The notes under the pieces were generated by a model that worked only from the letters and a program-made list of their open reading frames with translations, was not told the origin of the DNA and ran no database searches. DNA of 63,634 bases, filler included, from Cercozoa sp. M6MM (Eukaryota; Protista; Endomyxa: Ascetosporea), in assembly GCA_040357565.1 (NCBI GenBank). It is 12 parts of 12 records of this genome, joined end to end, with 100 filler letters (N's around TTAATTAATTAA, not from the genome) between each part and the next. Parts side by side here need not be neighbours in the genome. Positions count along the whole stretch, not along the records: positions 18,398 to 26,827 come from JBDODJ010000538.1; positions 26,928 to 30,653 come from JBDODJ010001337.1; positions 30,754 to 36,304 come from JBDODJ010000885.1; positions 36,405 to 47,530 come from JBDODJ010000414.1; 8 more parts are not named here. One strand, 5' to 3'. The position numbers were made by a program, and so were the translations under genes. Of the stretch, positions 24,681 through 38,371 are shown in pieces (the stretch's first letter is position 1; the number at the start of each line of letters is the position of its first letter).

Positions 24681-26732
24681 ATGCCTCCTCGAAGTTCCGC
24701 GCGGAAGCGATCACGTGAACTTCGTGGCCAACAGAATGTGCTAAGTTTCTTTGAACAGAAGCAGCAGCAGGAGCAAGCACCGGAACCGAGGGCAGCAAAC
24801 GGCGCCGAGATCGACCTCGTCAGCCAAGCCGCCAACAGCAAAGACGAAAAAGCTACGACGACTGCTGAAGCAGAAAATGAAAACGTGCCGATGCCAGGCT
24901 CGTTGAGGCGTCTGCTCACTCAGCCAGATGTACCTTCTGTCCTGTCACACTTTGTTTCGGGTGATACGCCTTGTGTTTTGGCTTCTCAGTTGCAGAAACA
25001 GGCGTCAAAGGAAGCTGCAGAGCCACCGCGAAAGAAACCGCGACACATCCAGCGTTCTGTACGCTTTGCTTTGGCAAGTGTGTTCCTTTTCTCAAGAGGT
25101 GTTGCAGGGAGGCGTGCCGCCGCTGCCGCCGTCGCAAGAAGGCGGCTTCCATCACTTCCTGCAGAGCGATGGCGATGAAGTGCTCGTCGAAGACACTGTC
25201 AAGGTACAAGAGTTTAAAAGACAAACTTTGACGATTGGAAACACAGATTTTCGGTAGGAGAACGAAGATGCAGAATCGATGCATCTGGATGTTTCCAAGA
25301 TTGCCCACAGGGTAGTTTCTTTAATTCCTTTTCATTCCTTCTGTCCTATCCCAACTCTGCGTCTCGAATAGCAAACTGCGAACAAAGCCACTGCCGCCTA
25401 CCCATCGTGCCATCTCCTATTTTATATTATCACCTATCTAAACACAAGACGATAAAAAATGGTGCAGGATGCATCTGAATACACCGGCGCCAGTGTTGGC
25501 GGATCAGTCGCAACCACTGCCTGGTAGACAACACAACCATACGTTCCTCTTCTAGCCTTCACTTTACCGTTCTCGTCCTGCGCAGCCTACAACTCAGTGC
25601 CGGTCCAGAAGGAATTCCGTGACCCTGTATGTTGTCCCCGTTGATATCTGTTTGGGTTGCTTTCTTCGATGTCTGGGCGGTAGGTCCACGGTCAGATCGA
25701 GCTGCCCGAGGCGTGTGTTCGGGTGATTGACACACCCGAATTCCAGCGCTTGCGACAGCTGCGACAGCTTGGCATTGCTTCCTTCGGTACACCTTTTACA
25801 TTGATACTTTCGTACGAACTTTTGGGATGCCCGTAAATATGCAGTGTTTCCGGGTGCAACGCACACGCGATTCGAGCACTCACTCGGCGTGGCACACCTT
25901 GCTCGGTATACCTACCACTTCTCGTGTAGGTACACAGCATGTACTGTCCGTGGTGTCGCAGGAGACTGTGTCGATTGTTGCGAGACAAACAAGGGTCCCA
26001 GGTACACTGCTTCTGCTGATATACGGTGAACATACGCATATGGTACAGTTGAAGATCACCGAGAGTGACGAGCTGTGCGTTGTTCTCGCCGGTCTGTGTC
26101 ACGACATTGGTACTTCTACCCGCTGCTCTTGTCAGTAGTATGTATACACTGGATCCTTTGGTAGGACACGGACCGTTCTCGCACCTGTTCGACAACGTGG
26201 TGGTGCCGCACTTCAAAACGCTGCTCAGCAACAGCAACAACAACTCACTGCACAAGAACAACGGCAGTGTGGTCGTGTCTGCCTTCCGACACGAAGACGC
26301 CAGTGCCGACATTGTGCGTCGCGTGTTCCGTCGCATCGGCATGGATCAGTTCGGTCTCACGCCGACCGATGAACTGGTACACTTGTGCACCTGTCATACC
26401 GTCCATGCTGTATCGTCAATTTGTGTTTGTACAGTTCGTGCTTGAGATGATACGTGGCACGCCGCCCGCTGAGCGACGTGGACGACCGCCGTACTGTTTG
26501 CTTTCTGCCTGTACTGTGTCTCAGCATGGCATGCGGCTGTGTGTGTGTACAGTATGAAGCACTACCTGTACGACATCATCAACAACAGCGACAGTGGTTT
26601 GGACGTTGACAAACTCGACTACTTCCAGGTACACTGTCTCTGCCTTCGTACCCTGTTCCACCTCGGTGGATGCCATTCCTGCCACTCAGAGAGACTGCCA
26701 TCACTGCGGTGTCACTGCTGCCGTGGACTTTG
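24681..26732 (+). CDS. SAMHD1: SAMHD1-like HD-domain dNTP triphosphohydrolase with a long N-terminal extension and no SAM domain, 3'-truncated
   Basis: FRDP/VHGQIEL...[16 protein letters not shown].../[20 protein letters not shown]...[17 protein letters not shown]...HEDAS...[21 protein letters not shown]. The ATG at 24681 splices in frame to this domain through GT-AG introns. Confidence 0.93.
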
Positions 26733-26759
26733 GTACGACAGCACTGTAGCTATGTCGGT

Positions 26760-26827
<68 letters not shown>

Positions 26828-26955
26828 NNNNNNNNNNNNNNNNNNNNNNNNNNNNNNNNNNNNNNNNNNNNTTAATTAATTAANNNNNNNNNNNNNNNNN
26901 NNNNNNNNNNNNNNNNNNNNNNNNNNNAGAGGGGGAGGAAGAGGAAGGAAAGAGT

Positions 26956-27214
26956 ACCCTCATACTGCGCGTAATTGAGACGACTGCGAAGGTACACGGC
27001 TGCTGTCTCGGCCAAGGGTCGGTGCCACTGCACATACACACACACACACCCACCCACACAGAATATTGCACAGTGAGGGAGAGTGACAGCTAATATATTG
27101 GTACAGACTCGGGGATCTTGGAGACACGCAGTGCGTAGGACAGTGACTCCAATGCCTCGTCCAGGGTATCGTTCTGCGCACATCCATAACATGCACAACC
27201 GGCACATACACACC

Positions 27215-27305
<91 letters not shown>

Positions 27306-29547
27306 CAGACAGTACAATCCAAAAGTCAAGTGAGTTCTCGTCCTTCCTAGCAGCAGCTTGTGCGAGTTGTTCGCACACCTGCAAGAAGCCATACTTTCCA
27401 GAATAAAAGGCAACACAAGCACAGAGTCCCCCGGAGACAGACAAGGTACCTGTCGCATCACATCGCACATTGCTCCAACGAGCGAATCCGTGAACTGACT
27501 GCGTCCGCAACAGTTTTGCACATCACTGAGACAAAACAGAGACACACAGAGAAAGATCGAGTCACGTGATGTGGAGTCTCAGGCCGCTTTCGAGATGCGA
27601 CTTGCACAGTGCATCTAAGAGAGGTGCAAATATCCCCCGTAGCATGACTGATACTGAGGCAAAAAGGTACTCAACACTGCAACAATTTCCGGTAGCTTGG
27701 ATCCTTGTGAGTGAATCTAACAAACAAATACACCATGTAACAGATTTTGAGTGCAAGGGTACAGTGCAAACGAGACAAAGAAGACGCTCGGCGAACTCAA
27801 AACGACGCTTCTGCACGTCCATCAGGTTGCTGCCAGCATTGCCACTGAACACAGTGCCGCACAGACTGCCTAGAAGCTGCACGGTTTGCATCACTTCTGC
27901 ACCCAACCACAAGGAGGAGTAACCAAACACGACAGTCTCAACTCAGACTACTGGAGTAGCAAAAAGCTCGTGGGAGTACGTGTACCTGTAGCCATGGGAG
28001 TGCCTCTGTGCTGCGTGTGCAAGTGCTGCAACAAAGACGTCAACTCTGGATCCGCCTGATGACAGACAAAAGATAAAACTACAAGTTGCTCTACGTGTAC
28101 GGAAGTTGTCATTCGTACCAGATGAGACCAAGATCGACCTGGTTTGATACCCTCTCTAACTTCGAGTGCATCCATGTCCATCGCCACTGCAACACAGAAA
28201 CAGCAATCAACAGAGAATTCGCTGGCGTGAATGTAATCCCTATGCGCACCAGAAGGGAGGAAAGTAGGAGGAAGGTGTACACTTGTACAAGGCGTTATCG
28301 TCAACTCCTTCAGCGAAGCTCCAGCGCTACGACGAGACAGGATTGAGTGTGTATGTTGTTGCAGAAGGTAGCATTCGATACCAGGATGGCATTCACGCAC
28401 TTGAGTAAATGCAGCTGCGCAACGAGGAATACCCGACACTCTAAACTCAAACTACACAAGAGGCAGTAGAGTCGGTACCGCATGGGAGGCTCCACGTGCC
28501 AGTGTGTTAACACAGGTGAGAAACAGAGCTGGCAGGACATTGGTTTCAAACTGACGATGACACTTAACTGAGCAGATACGCACACATGTTGATATGTGTG
28601 AGACACACATGCAAGAGATACCGTGTGCCTGCCAGGCGATGCCAACCTCACCACAAGACCGAGGCTCGGCAGCAGAGAACTCCTGGATCAGCGACAAGGC
28701 CAAGTCGCACGCTGTCTCTGCATGCATTGGACAGTTCGTTATACTACATTGGAAGGAGATGTGAATTGTTTGCACACCAGATTTGACGACTTCTTTCACG
28801 AGGAAACGCGCCAGATTCTTGCTGTCCTCGGATGATGTGCCGCTTGCCCACTCACGCTTGTGCATGCTGCATCAAACAACAATATGAGTAAGAGAATGAT
28901 AGAACACAAGAGATACAGACAGATACATCGAAATGGCTCGCAAAAGTTGAGACTTGACAGGTGGAGAATAGCTGATCATCCGCACACAGACATACAAGCA
29001 ACGCACAAGGGGAAAGCGAAAGTGGTATCATGGTACGGCTTGCCAACCGTCATTTGCAGAATCGCATGACGTAATTGTTGTCTTGCTTCCTGTGGCAGCG
29101 TATCGTACTCCCTCATCAGAGCGCTGCAAAGCACGACGGATGACTGAAACTGCGCATTCGTCGATGACGACTGCAGCAAGGCAACACCTGCGCATGCGAT
29201 GATGTGAGGAGCAATAACAGTCAAGAATGATCGACGATGCATACACAGTTCGTAGGGCGATCGACGTTTTGAAAACTGCAGCAACACCTCCTCGGCCTGT
29301 CGGCGCTTCGAGAAATCCTGCAGCGCTTCGCTTGCCTACATATGACAGCGTCAATTTGGCGGATAACAAACATTTTATTTAGCGGATGCCTCAATGAGAA
29401 TAGCGACATCCTTCTCCATCGACGGGCGCACCTGTTTACAACCGCACACGCACCACTTGCTTCAATACCGCCCTCAAGCTGAAAAGAGTGGAAAAGGTGT
29501 TGATAGTTGACCGCGACCTTAACGAAAGTGTCACGTGGTACCTGCAT
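26956..29547 (-). CDS. XPO4: Exportin-4-like importin-beta family protein, 3'-truncated; start approximate
   Basis: ASEALQDFSKRR; LLQSSSTNAQFQSSVVLCSALMREYDTL...LRHAIL; ACDLALSLIQEFS...VGIAWQAH/VKCHRQFETNVLPALF; IKPGRSW. These parallel XPO4 (VLFQAATAIMEAVVREW; GLSMEFHxxCKRxF; LKPTESW). Confidence 0.7.
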
Positions 29548-29635
29548 GTGCACCAGCGCGAGGCTGGTATGGTGGCGTCGCGTAAGTATGGTATTGTCAC
29601 ACACTTGAACTGCTCAGCGAGCGCTGTCTGAATTG

Positions 29636-30458
29636 ATGCAGATCTTCAAAAATGATCACTTCCATCGTCATACGGTATCCATTATTTACGCTGTTGTGTT
29701 TCAGGCCTGCGAAGGCATGGCTTTGACCGGCCACTGGCCAAGGAGCAGTACCAGGTACCTGGTCTGTCGCATGTGTGCGCAAGTCTGTGTGCACATATGT
29801 TATTCGCCAGTCCTGTGCCGGCATGGCACTGTGCTTTGTACTGTACTACACGCTCGTGGTGCCCTTCTTACCTTCGCTTCTGTTTCGACTGCTTGCAGGG
29901 TACCCCCGTGACAGCTGAGCAAATGAACATGCGCGTTTGTGTGCTCCGTCATGTATGTTGCTGTAGCCTCGTGCACGCAGGCGTCGTGATCGCCGGCGTC
30001 GCCGTTTGGGTGTCGCTGACTATGGCTGACCCGGCGCACCCGAATGTCTGGACAGTCGCGCGCATTGAGAAGCAGCGACAAGGTGCTCCTGTTCTCTGTC
30101 TGTGTGTTGCCTCTGTTTCATGCTTCTGTCTTGTCATAGATGAGGGTGTCATTGACTGGCGTGTCCACATGGACAGTGACGAGGTATGCCATGTGTGTAG
30201 CATGTGTGGGTGCTATCCTTGGAAAAAACCCTGGATACTTAGGCCCCGGGGCCGCGAGAGGGTCCCTTTTGCGAGCAGTGCCACATCTATCGAGAGCCCG
30301 ATACGAAGCACTGTAACCTGTGCGGCAAGTGCGTGCGCAGGTATACCTCTGTGTGCACACTTGTGCGTGGTGTGTCTGTGTGTGTACCTATGCATGCCTA
30401 GGTTCGACCACCATTGCCTGTTTCTGAACACGTGCGTTGGCGGTGCAAACTACAAGCG
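29636..30458 (+). CDS. DHHC palmitoyltransferase (ZDHHC1/11-like N-terminus), 3'-truncated
   Basis: RRHGFDRPL N-terminal motif; TM segment ending in ADPA; FCEQCHIYREPDTKHCNLCGKCVRR/FDHHCLFLNTCVGGANYK. Confidence 0.92.
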
Positions 30459-30516
30459 TTATTTTTTTGTGATCACCGCCTGCGTCGTTGTTGTAATGCG
30501 TGCCCATGTTCATATG

Positions 30517-30601
30517 TGTGTCTGTGTCTGTGCCTGTGTCTGTGTCTGTGTCTGTGTCTGTGTCTGTGTCTGTGTCTGTGTCTGTGTCTGTGTCTGTGTC
30601 T

Positions 30602-30653
<52 letters not shown>
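30517..30653. repeat. (TGTCTG)n followed by (TG)n microsatellite
   Basis: Visible directly; ends at a contig break. Confidence 0.95.
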
Positions 30654-30753
30654 NNNNNNNNNNNNNNNNNNNNNNNNNNNNNNNNNNNNNNNNNNNNTTA
30701 ATTAATTAANNNNNNNNNNNNNNNNNNNNNNNNNNNNNNNNNNNNNNNNNNNN

Positions 30754-30959
<206 letters not shown>

Positions 30960-31049
30960 CACACACGCACACAGTCACTCCGATCCCGCAAAAAGCACTG
31001 TGTACCAGTCTGCTAAGCGACGGCACGAACGAGTATGGCGTGCTCAACA

Positions 31050-33053
31050 CCTGTTGTCGCAACTGCGCCTCACTGTCATCTTTAGCCTCCGTGGCGCCGT
31101 CGGCTCTTTCCGAGCCAGTCGACGCGCCTTGTTTCGCCCTCTTGCGCTGCCGACCGTGCATCAGATCCGCGTGGTCCTGTGTTACACACACATACAATAC
31201 GGACACATAGACACAGACACAGACGCAGACACAGACACAAACACAGACTCACAGAAACACACACGAGAAGCTTCTCACTTCAATCAAAACTAAACAAATG
31301 CACCTTGAACTCGTCGTAACTGAGCAAGACGACCGAGCAGTTGGGTTCCGTGCACCTGTACTTTTCGTGTCTGCAATACGTATCCATAAAAGTGTGGCAT
31401 ACAACTTGACTTAAACGGGGGAGGGGGTAAAGGAGGTAAGAAGGGGGTGTGGGTAAGGGGTAAGAAGGGGGGAGTAAAAGTCAGAAGGGGGAATAGGTAA
31501 GTAGAGTACTCTTCAGTTTCGGCACAGTCGGGTTCAACTCCGTGTGTCTGGTTCATGTGCATCTTAAACCTCGAGAAACGGAGCGAGGCTTGGCCGCAGT
31601 CCGGGCAGCGGTGCAGTCGATCGACTCCGTGCACCGTGCGTTCATGCCGAACTGTTGCAGTGTCACAAAAACAATTAATTTACTTGATATTGGTATACAG
31701 TATCAATCAGGACACAACTTACAAACATTTTGAGAGCGCGCAATAATCTGATCGCATCCGATGCACTTGATGCCGCTCTTGCCACTGTGCGTCGCCATGT
31801 GGTCCTTGAAGTGGTTCGACTTCTTGGCACTGAAGCTGCTCACCGAAGAGAATCAAACAGTTGATACACAACTTCGGTCGCAAAAGTGACTTACGTAGTC
31901 TTGCAGACCGGGCAGAAACAATAGCGCCTCTGCTCCTCAGTGAGGTCGTCGAACTCGAGTGTGTGGTTTTTCTGCCACTTCTGCGTCTGCTCGGCAGTCA
32001 TCCGCAGCCGTTGTTTGTCCTCATCTACACCGCATTTGCATATCCACCCCCCCCCCGATTAAAACACAAGCAAGCTCAAAGTGACAACGCACCACTCAGA
32101 ACCGGTCGCGACGCGCGGCGACTTTTTGCTTTGGCGGTTATTGACTTTTTGCGCCTGTGAGAAAGCAATCAGTTTGTGTGCAAGGTGACTCTTGAAGTTA
32201 TCGATAGAGCTGTACCACGATGACGTTGCGACTGAGGCCTCTTCTGTAAATAGGGGACATTCCAACAAACATGAGACTATCAGTTTGGGAGGAATACCAA
32301 GAAGAGGCGGAACTGACTGATCGCTAAGTGAGGCATCCTAATTTGGCACAAACAGAAGGAGATGACAAGGAACAGAAAGAAATGACAAAGAACTGAAAAG
32401 AAACAGAAACAAAAACAAAAAGGAAAAACTACCCGTGGAATCGACGCCACGATTTGCTGCACTTGCAGTTGTTCCAGCGCATTTCGCGTCTGTCGAACCA
32501 CCGCCTGTTGCGACGCATGAATCTGCAACAGCAGTCGCTGTGCCTCCGCTGTTGACAAACTCAAAGGCAAGGCAGACAGCGGCAACAGCGGCTGCGACGT
32601 CGCGCTCGTGCTCCAGTCCATCAGGCCCAGCGCAGCAGGCAGTGGTGTGACTGCACCTTGTCCGAGAGGAGCTGTCAGCAAGGGTGCCGCCAGCGGGAAA
32701 GCCGACGAGGACAGGTCCGACAGAGGGCGCGTGCCGACGTCAACGCCAACGGGCTCTGCAACGGCAGCGCTCGCGACTGGAGGCACCGGTACCGGCGGAC
32801 GTGTAGGCGTTTCTTGCTCAAGCGAGTCACCGTCCGTGTGCGATGTCGAATCAGCGCGCAAAGCAAGCCGACGGCGTCGCTTCCTGACCGGCTCTTCGAG
32901 CTCCATGTCGAATGTATCGTTTTGCAGCGATACTTCTTCGTCCTCTTCTTCTTCTTCTTCTTTTTCTCGCGCTTCTTTGGGCTGACTCGAGGTCCGGCGC
33001 CGTCGCGTCTTCGCGACTTTCTCCTTGCCCACTGCCTGCTTGTCCGGCGTCAT
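31050..33053 (-). CDS. C2H2 zinc-finger protein (putative transcription factor), 3'-truncated
   Basis: Low-complexity N-terminal exon with NLS-like RKRRRR, then CPVC...FKDHMATH, CIGC...RHERTVH, CPDC...FKMHMNQTH and CTEPNC...FK/DHADLMH fingers. Confidence 0.8.
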
Positions 33054-34017
33054 CTCCGGGAAAACGGGCTGCCCAAAACACGCAGATTGATTTTAAACCC
33101 ACAGGCACAAACAGATACACTAAGCCTGCAACAACACGATAATTATCAGGAAAACGGCCCAAAAGCAACACAAAAATGAAAGATGCGATCGCTTCGCGAC
33201 CAAGATGCCCATACGACTGCCACGTGCGAAAAACGTTTTAAAAAATCTGGTGCGCAGATTCGAGAACGAGGGCGTGCGCACCGAGTCCCGTACGTTGGCC
33301 AAAGCGCGCACACTCGGGTGGCGTCGCCAGCACGCTTTGCTTCCAAAGCGCGTCGCCCAGAAAAGCACCAATCAAGGAAGGACCACCCAAGTCACTGGAT
33401 TGATTGCAAAAATTTGATCGTGCCCAAACCAAAATACTGATTGATTGATCGTTGTGTTTGCACGTGTTTTTCTAAACGAAATAGAAACGCACCAACATGA
33501 GGGAACGTTGCTTTTGCTCCAGGCGTCTGATGCTCTGTCACTGTCTCCTGGACACACGCAGATTTCGTTCTCACCCCAAAACGAGAGCAAGCTTCAGAGA
33601 GCACATGACTGATCAACAATCGCTGTCACTGGCGTGGCTGATGCGGGGTAGGCTGGCCAGTCATCATCGGGTGACTTGACTGGCTGCTATTTACCCTAAA
33701 GCAAAAACTGCATCTTCACTGGAGCTGAGTGCCGTGTCATTTGCTACGGGCTTTGGTCATAGTAACCGAGCAGTATTATGGTTGGTTCAACCGGAGCAAG
33801 AATCACAAACTATCGCAAGAATCCTGTGTGATGAGAATCTCAAAGACTCCTCCAGTTTTTTCGCAGCTTTCGTGCAGGACAGTCTGCACCGTAGGGTCAA
33901 TTGTGTTTGTGAGCTCTTTGGCTTCTGCCTTGGATTTGTGAAAAAGCTGCATCGTTGCGCCGGAGCGCTGTCGGAGTCAGGAGAATGTCATATTCGACCG
34001 TCACAGTGCAAAACAGC

Positions 34018-35029
34018 ATGGCGTCGCCATTGCGATTCTTGTCTTCGCCGCTTGCTCAGTTGCTTTTCGTCACGTTCGCCGCATCAGTGATGTCCACGTG
34101 GCTGTTTTTGTGGCATTACACGACACAGTATGTTGACTTTGGCGAGACAAGTCCGCGTGCGTCTTATCCTCACCGCTGCTGTGTAGGAAAAAGCGCAGGC
34201 TGTTCCAGTGGCATGCCATCCTCAGCACGATTAGCGTGCTGTTGACTTTCTCGGCTGTCGCAGTGCAAGTACATCTCAGCTGTTGTTTATTGTATTGAAC
34301 TCCTGATAAATCTTACATCCGTGCACTGCAGCGCGCGCGAAAGCTTCGCCGTGTGCACGCGTGGATGATGACAGGAGCATCAGTCTTGATGGGTACTTTT
34401 CCGTCTCGGCAGCTTGATTAGTCTTTGTTCAAGTGAAACACGACGTGTTTCTTGTAGTTGCTGGCTTCCTCTTCGTGTTCTACTCTCGCGACGTGCGAGG
34501 AAAAAAGCACTTCACTTCGACGCACTCGCTTGTTGGCCTTGTGAGCGGCATTCTCTTTCTGGTGCAAACGGCTGTGTCTTGGATCGGAGAACTCTTGCGC
34601 GTCCTTCACCGCCAGAAAATCGCCCTTGCGCACATCGTTTGTGGTATGCAAGCGCTCTGAGTTGACTGGGTGTCGGTGTTCCCAGTTTATTTTATCTCGT
34701 GCTCTGTGATGCTGTAGGAATCGCGCAAGTCCCGGTGCTGCTGTACTTGTGCTACTCTGGCTGGGAGAAAACGCGCAAGTCGACGCCTGAAAGGTATATG
34801 ATTTTGTTACTTTTTTTTTGCATTAAAATTGATCTTGACCGCTTGCAGTGTGACGGTGCTGTTGTTCCTGACGTACGTGGCGATCCAGGCCTTGCTGATG
34901 CCGTACCATGCCAAGGGCGACTCAAGGTTGCGACGACGGCCAAAGCAAGGCCAGGCCGGCGTTCGCGAGAAGCTGCTCATTGACTCGTCTTGCTCGGTCC
35001 AGAACTCGGATCCAAGCACCGCGGTCTGA
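34018..35029 (+). CDS. Cytochrome b561 domain-containing membrane protein (CYB561D-like)
   Basis: Four heme-ligand His motifs: LFQWHAIL, RRVHAWMM, KKHFTSTHSLVG, ALAHIVCG. Multiple TM segments. Confidence 0.85.
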
Positions 35030-35317
35030 GCGCCGCCAACGCAACCTAATAAAACTGAAACGAAATACGCGACGATGATTTACTAAATTTAAGTTGAGAC
35101 TACGTACTGTGCTAGCCACAGCCTGCGCTGGTCGGGCGGGTGTACTATTGTGATATAGTACTATTGTGATATAGGTGGCACTTCCGTAGGTACTACACAA
35201 TGCTGTACCACTGCCGTGCGCTGCATCTTAATATCATCCGATCGGACCAAACGCGAGCCGAGCCAAGCTTACAAATCGTCATATCGAGGCTTTGAGAGTC
35301 CGAGTCGATGTGCTAAC

Positions 35318-36284
35318 TTAATCGGACCAGCGCGCGATCTTGAGGTTCTGTCCCACCGAACAGTCCAACACATTAACACATTACACAGACAGAAAACACA
35401 TGCAGAGTCAAGTCGATACCTTCTCAAGGAGGAAGCGGCGGCGCTCGGAGCGCGCACGCTGCCAGAGAGCGTCCCACTTGTCGTCGCTCGTGGGCACAAG
35501 TTCAGCCATGTGTTGCTCCTCGTCAGTCTCAGTCTCAGTCTCGTTGTCGCGCTTCGACTCGTTCTCGCTGCCGTTGTTTCCGTCGTTGTTGTTTTCCACC
35601 GACTCTGTAGCACTCGCGCTGCTGCCTGCGGGGGGAAGGGAGGTAGGAATAAAGGGGGAGGTAGGAATAAAGGGCACGGGGGGGGGGGGGGGCCTAAACT
35701 ACCGTGAATGCCCTGCGCTAACTCAATCGCGATCTCGCGCTCCAACTGGCGAATGTCGCGCATCGTCATTCCGTGCCACTCGTCCAGCCAGCAGATCAAC
35801 TGCATCGGGGGGGGGGGGTAAGGGTAAGGGGTAAAGGGGGTAAGGAGGTAAGGGGACAAGAAGGTAGGGGCACTGGGCTAAGGGTGGGGGGGGGGTAAAC
35901 CTGTCGATGAGTCTGACGGAAGACATCGTGCAGCGCGGTTTCCTGAATAAGATTTTCGCCGCGCGTTTGCAGACCCCACTGCGCGAGTACATGGAGGTGA
36001 GGGGCAAAGTGGTAAGGGGACAGGGGACAAGCGAGGTTAAAAGGGGGCTAAAAGGGGCTAAAAGGGGGGGCGAAAAGGGGGTCTAAACATACCTGATTGT
36101 ACTCGACACGACAAAGCTTGTAGCACGTCATCACCGGAATCTACACCGAGGATAAAGCGAGGTGGGGGAGAGGGGTTAAATGGGGGTAAGAGGGGGTAAA
36201 ACTACGTCCTCACGCTCCTGCCAGCCCTCAACAAAAGGACCGCGGCCGGTCTTCTCCGACACGAACTTGCGCGGGTCCATCTTC
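35318..36284 (-). CDS. Phosphatidylinositol transfer protein (PITP/START-like), 3' exons
   Basis: DPRKFVSEKTGRGP...GW, PVMTCYKL, WGLQTRGENLI, FRQTHRQ/LICWLDEWHGMTMRDIR. Confidence 0.93.
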
Positions 36285-36430
36285 TGCGGGGGGGGGGGGG
36301 GGGANNNNNNNNNNNNNNNNNNNNNNNNNNNNNNNNNNNNNNNNNNNNTTAATTAATTAANNNNNNNNNNNNNNNNNNNNNNNNNNNNNNNNNNNNNNNN
36401 NNNNTGTGTGTGTGTATATATAAATTGTAG

Positions 36431-38288
36431 CACCTGGCGGACTCGTTGCAAGCCGCACAACACGCGTCCAAGAGTCACATTCGTCTATCGAGTGATCACA
36501 GCTCAGGTAGGGTCACACCAATGGCTATATAGGCTACTATATAGGTGGCTGTATAGGCACGAGTCACACTGGCACGAGTGCACGTCGCAGTAGCAGCAGC
36601 AGCAGTCGGCGGCAGCGGCAGCAGCAGCTGTACCGCCGCATGTCGCACACGTTCCGCCGCGTGTCGTTCGCGCCAGGCGAGCTGCAGACGAGTCTCGCCT
36701 CCAAGGACGGCAGCGACTCGCGCACGGCCGAGACAGCGACTGCACCGGACGACGACTGCACCACGGCAGGCCTTCCGACAGGCGGCCTTTCGACTGATGG
36801 AGTCGCCGACGCCGACTCGGAGGAACGCGCAGTGAAACGACGTCGCACGCGGCAGCAGCAGCCGCCTCCGACGCAGGCAGCACAGCCAGCACAGCAGGCA
36901 GCACAGCATGGAGCTGCCTCTGCTGCCACCGCAGAGCACGCCAGTTCACGCGCCGACTTTGCCGACTTCCGTGGTGCTAGGTATCTGTGCAACTGCCCAA
37001 GCATACTGAGGCCTGAGCGCACACTCATGTGTGGACATTTTTACAAACCTACATGCATGCCCACTTGGCTCAGTGACTCGAGACGCTCGCGGTCACTCTC
37101 GCGTTCGAGTCGTCGCTCGCGTGCTTCCGAGAGGTAGTACTGTTTTTTTGGATGATATGCATGTGTGTGCGTATGTCAATATGTATACATGCATTTTTGT
37201 ATATATGTATGTGTGTATGTGTGTGTGTGTGTGTGTGCGTGTGTCTATGTATGTGCGTGTATATATACTATATATATGTATGTGTGTATCTTATATATAA
37301 GTGTCGGCACGAGCAGCACGCGCGAGCAGCTGCGCCGACTGCGGCAGAAGCGCGAGCAACTGGAGCGTGCCGAGCGTCGTCTGCGCCGGCAGCAGCGATT
37401 GCAGCACCTGCTGAACCGCATCAACAGTGACGGTGACGGTGACACTATCAGTCACAGTGTCAGTAACAATGGCAGTGACGGTGACGGCGACTCCAGCGGT
37501 GCCAGTGACGACGGTGACATCGATGATCTCGACAAGGTTGCCATCGACAGCAGCGTCGATGAAGACGACGCCGGCAGCAGCAGCAACAGTCTCTCGGAGC
37601 TATCGCAGTTCGCACCCACCGATAGCGACTCTGAGTCCTCGTACCTTCTGACCGACTGAGTGAGTGACCGGTCACACGTGTCACTGAGTTAGTGAGAGTA
37701 CGTGCACACTTTGACTCACAGGCGGCCGGCGAAACGACCGCGATCGGCGCAGTCGTCTGCTGCCGCGAAACGCCGCCGCAAGGTCTCACTCGCTGTCGAT
37801 GTCGACAAAGGTACCTCCGCGCGCATGTCCGCGCGCTTGTGACAGGATTTGTTTGGACTGGGTGCAGGGACAGAGCAGCGGCCGGCGAAGCGTCGGCAGG
37901 TCGGCGGCAGTGGCAGCAGCAGTGCCGGCGTTGGCACGCCCAACGACAGTCGCATCATGATGGACGACTCGCCGCCGTCGTCGCCCTCCATGGCTGTGCG
38001 CAGGGTACCCCGCCTGTTGTTGTTCTTGTTTTTGCCTTTTTGTTGTTGTATGGCTGTGTGTGTGTGTATGTGTGTGTATGTGTGTGTGTACATGTGTGTG
38101 TACATGTGTGTGTATGTGTGTGTGACCCTGTAGAGACGACTGTCGTACGCATTGGAGGAGTTCGTGCGGCAAAAGGAGGGTCCTTCGGGCAGCGCCGGCA
38201 CCGGCCTGAGTGGCACGAGCACACGTACGAAACGGCCACGCTCGCAGATTGCACCTGATGACGCGAGTATACCTTTTGCTTCTGTCTG

Positions 38289-38371
<83 letters not shown>

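Noticed and set aside
33183-33960. Short ORFs between the zinc-finger and cytochrome b561 genes
   Set aside because: No convincing spliced model or recognisable motif; treated as intergenic.
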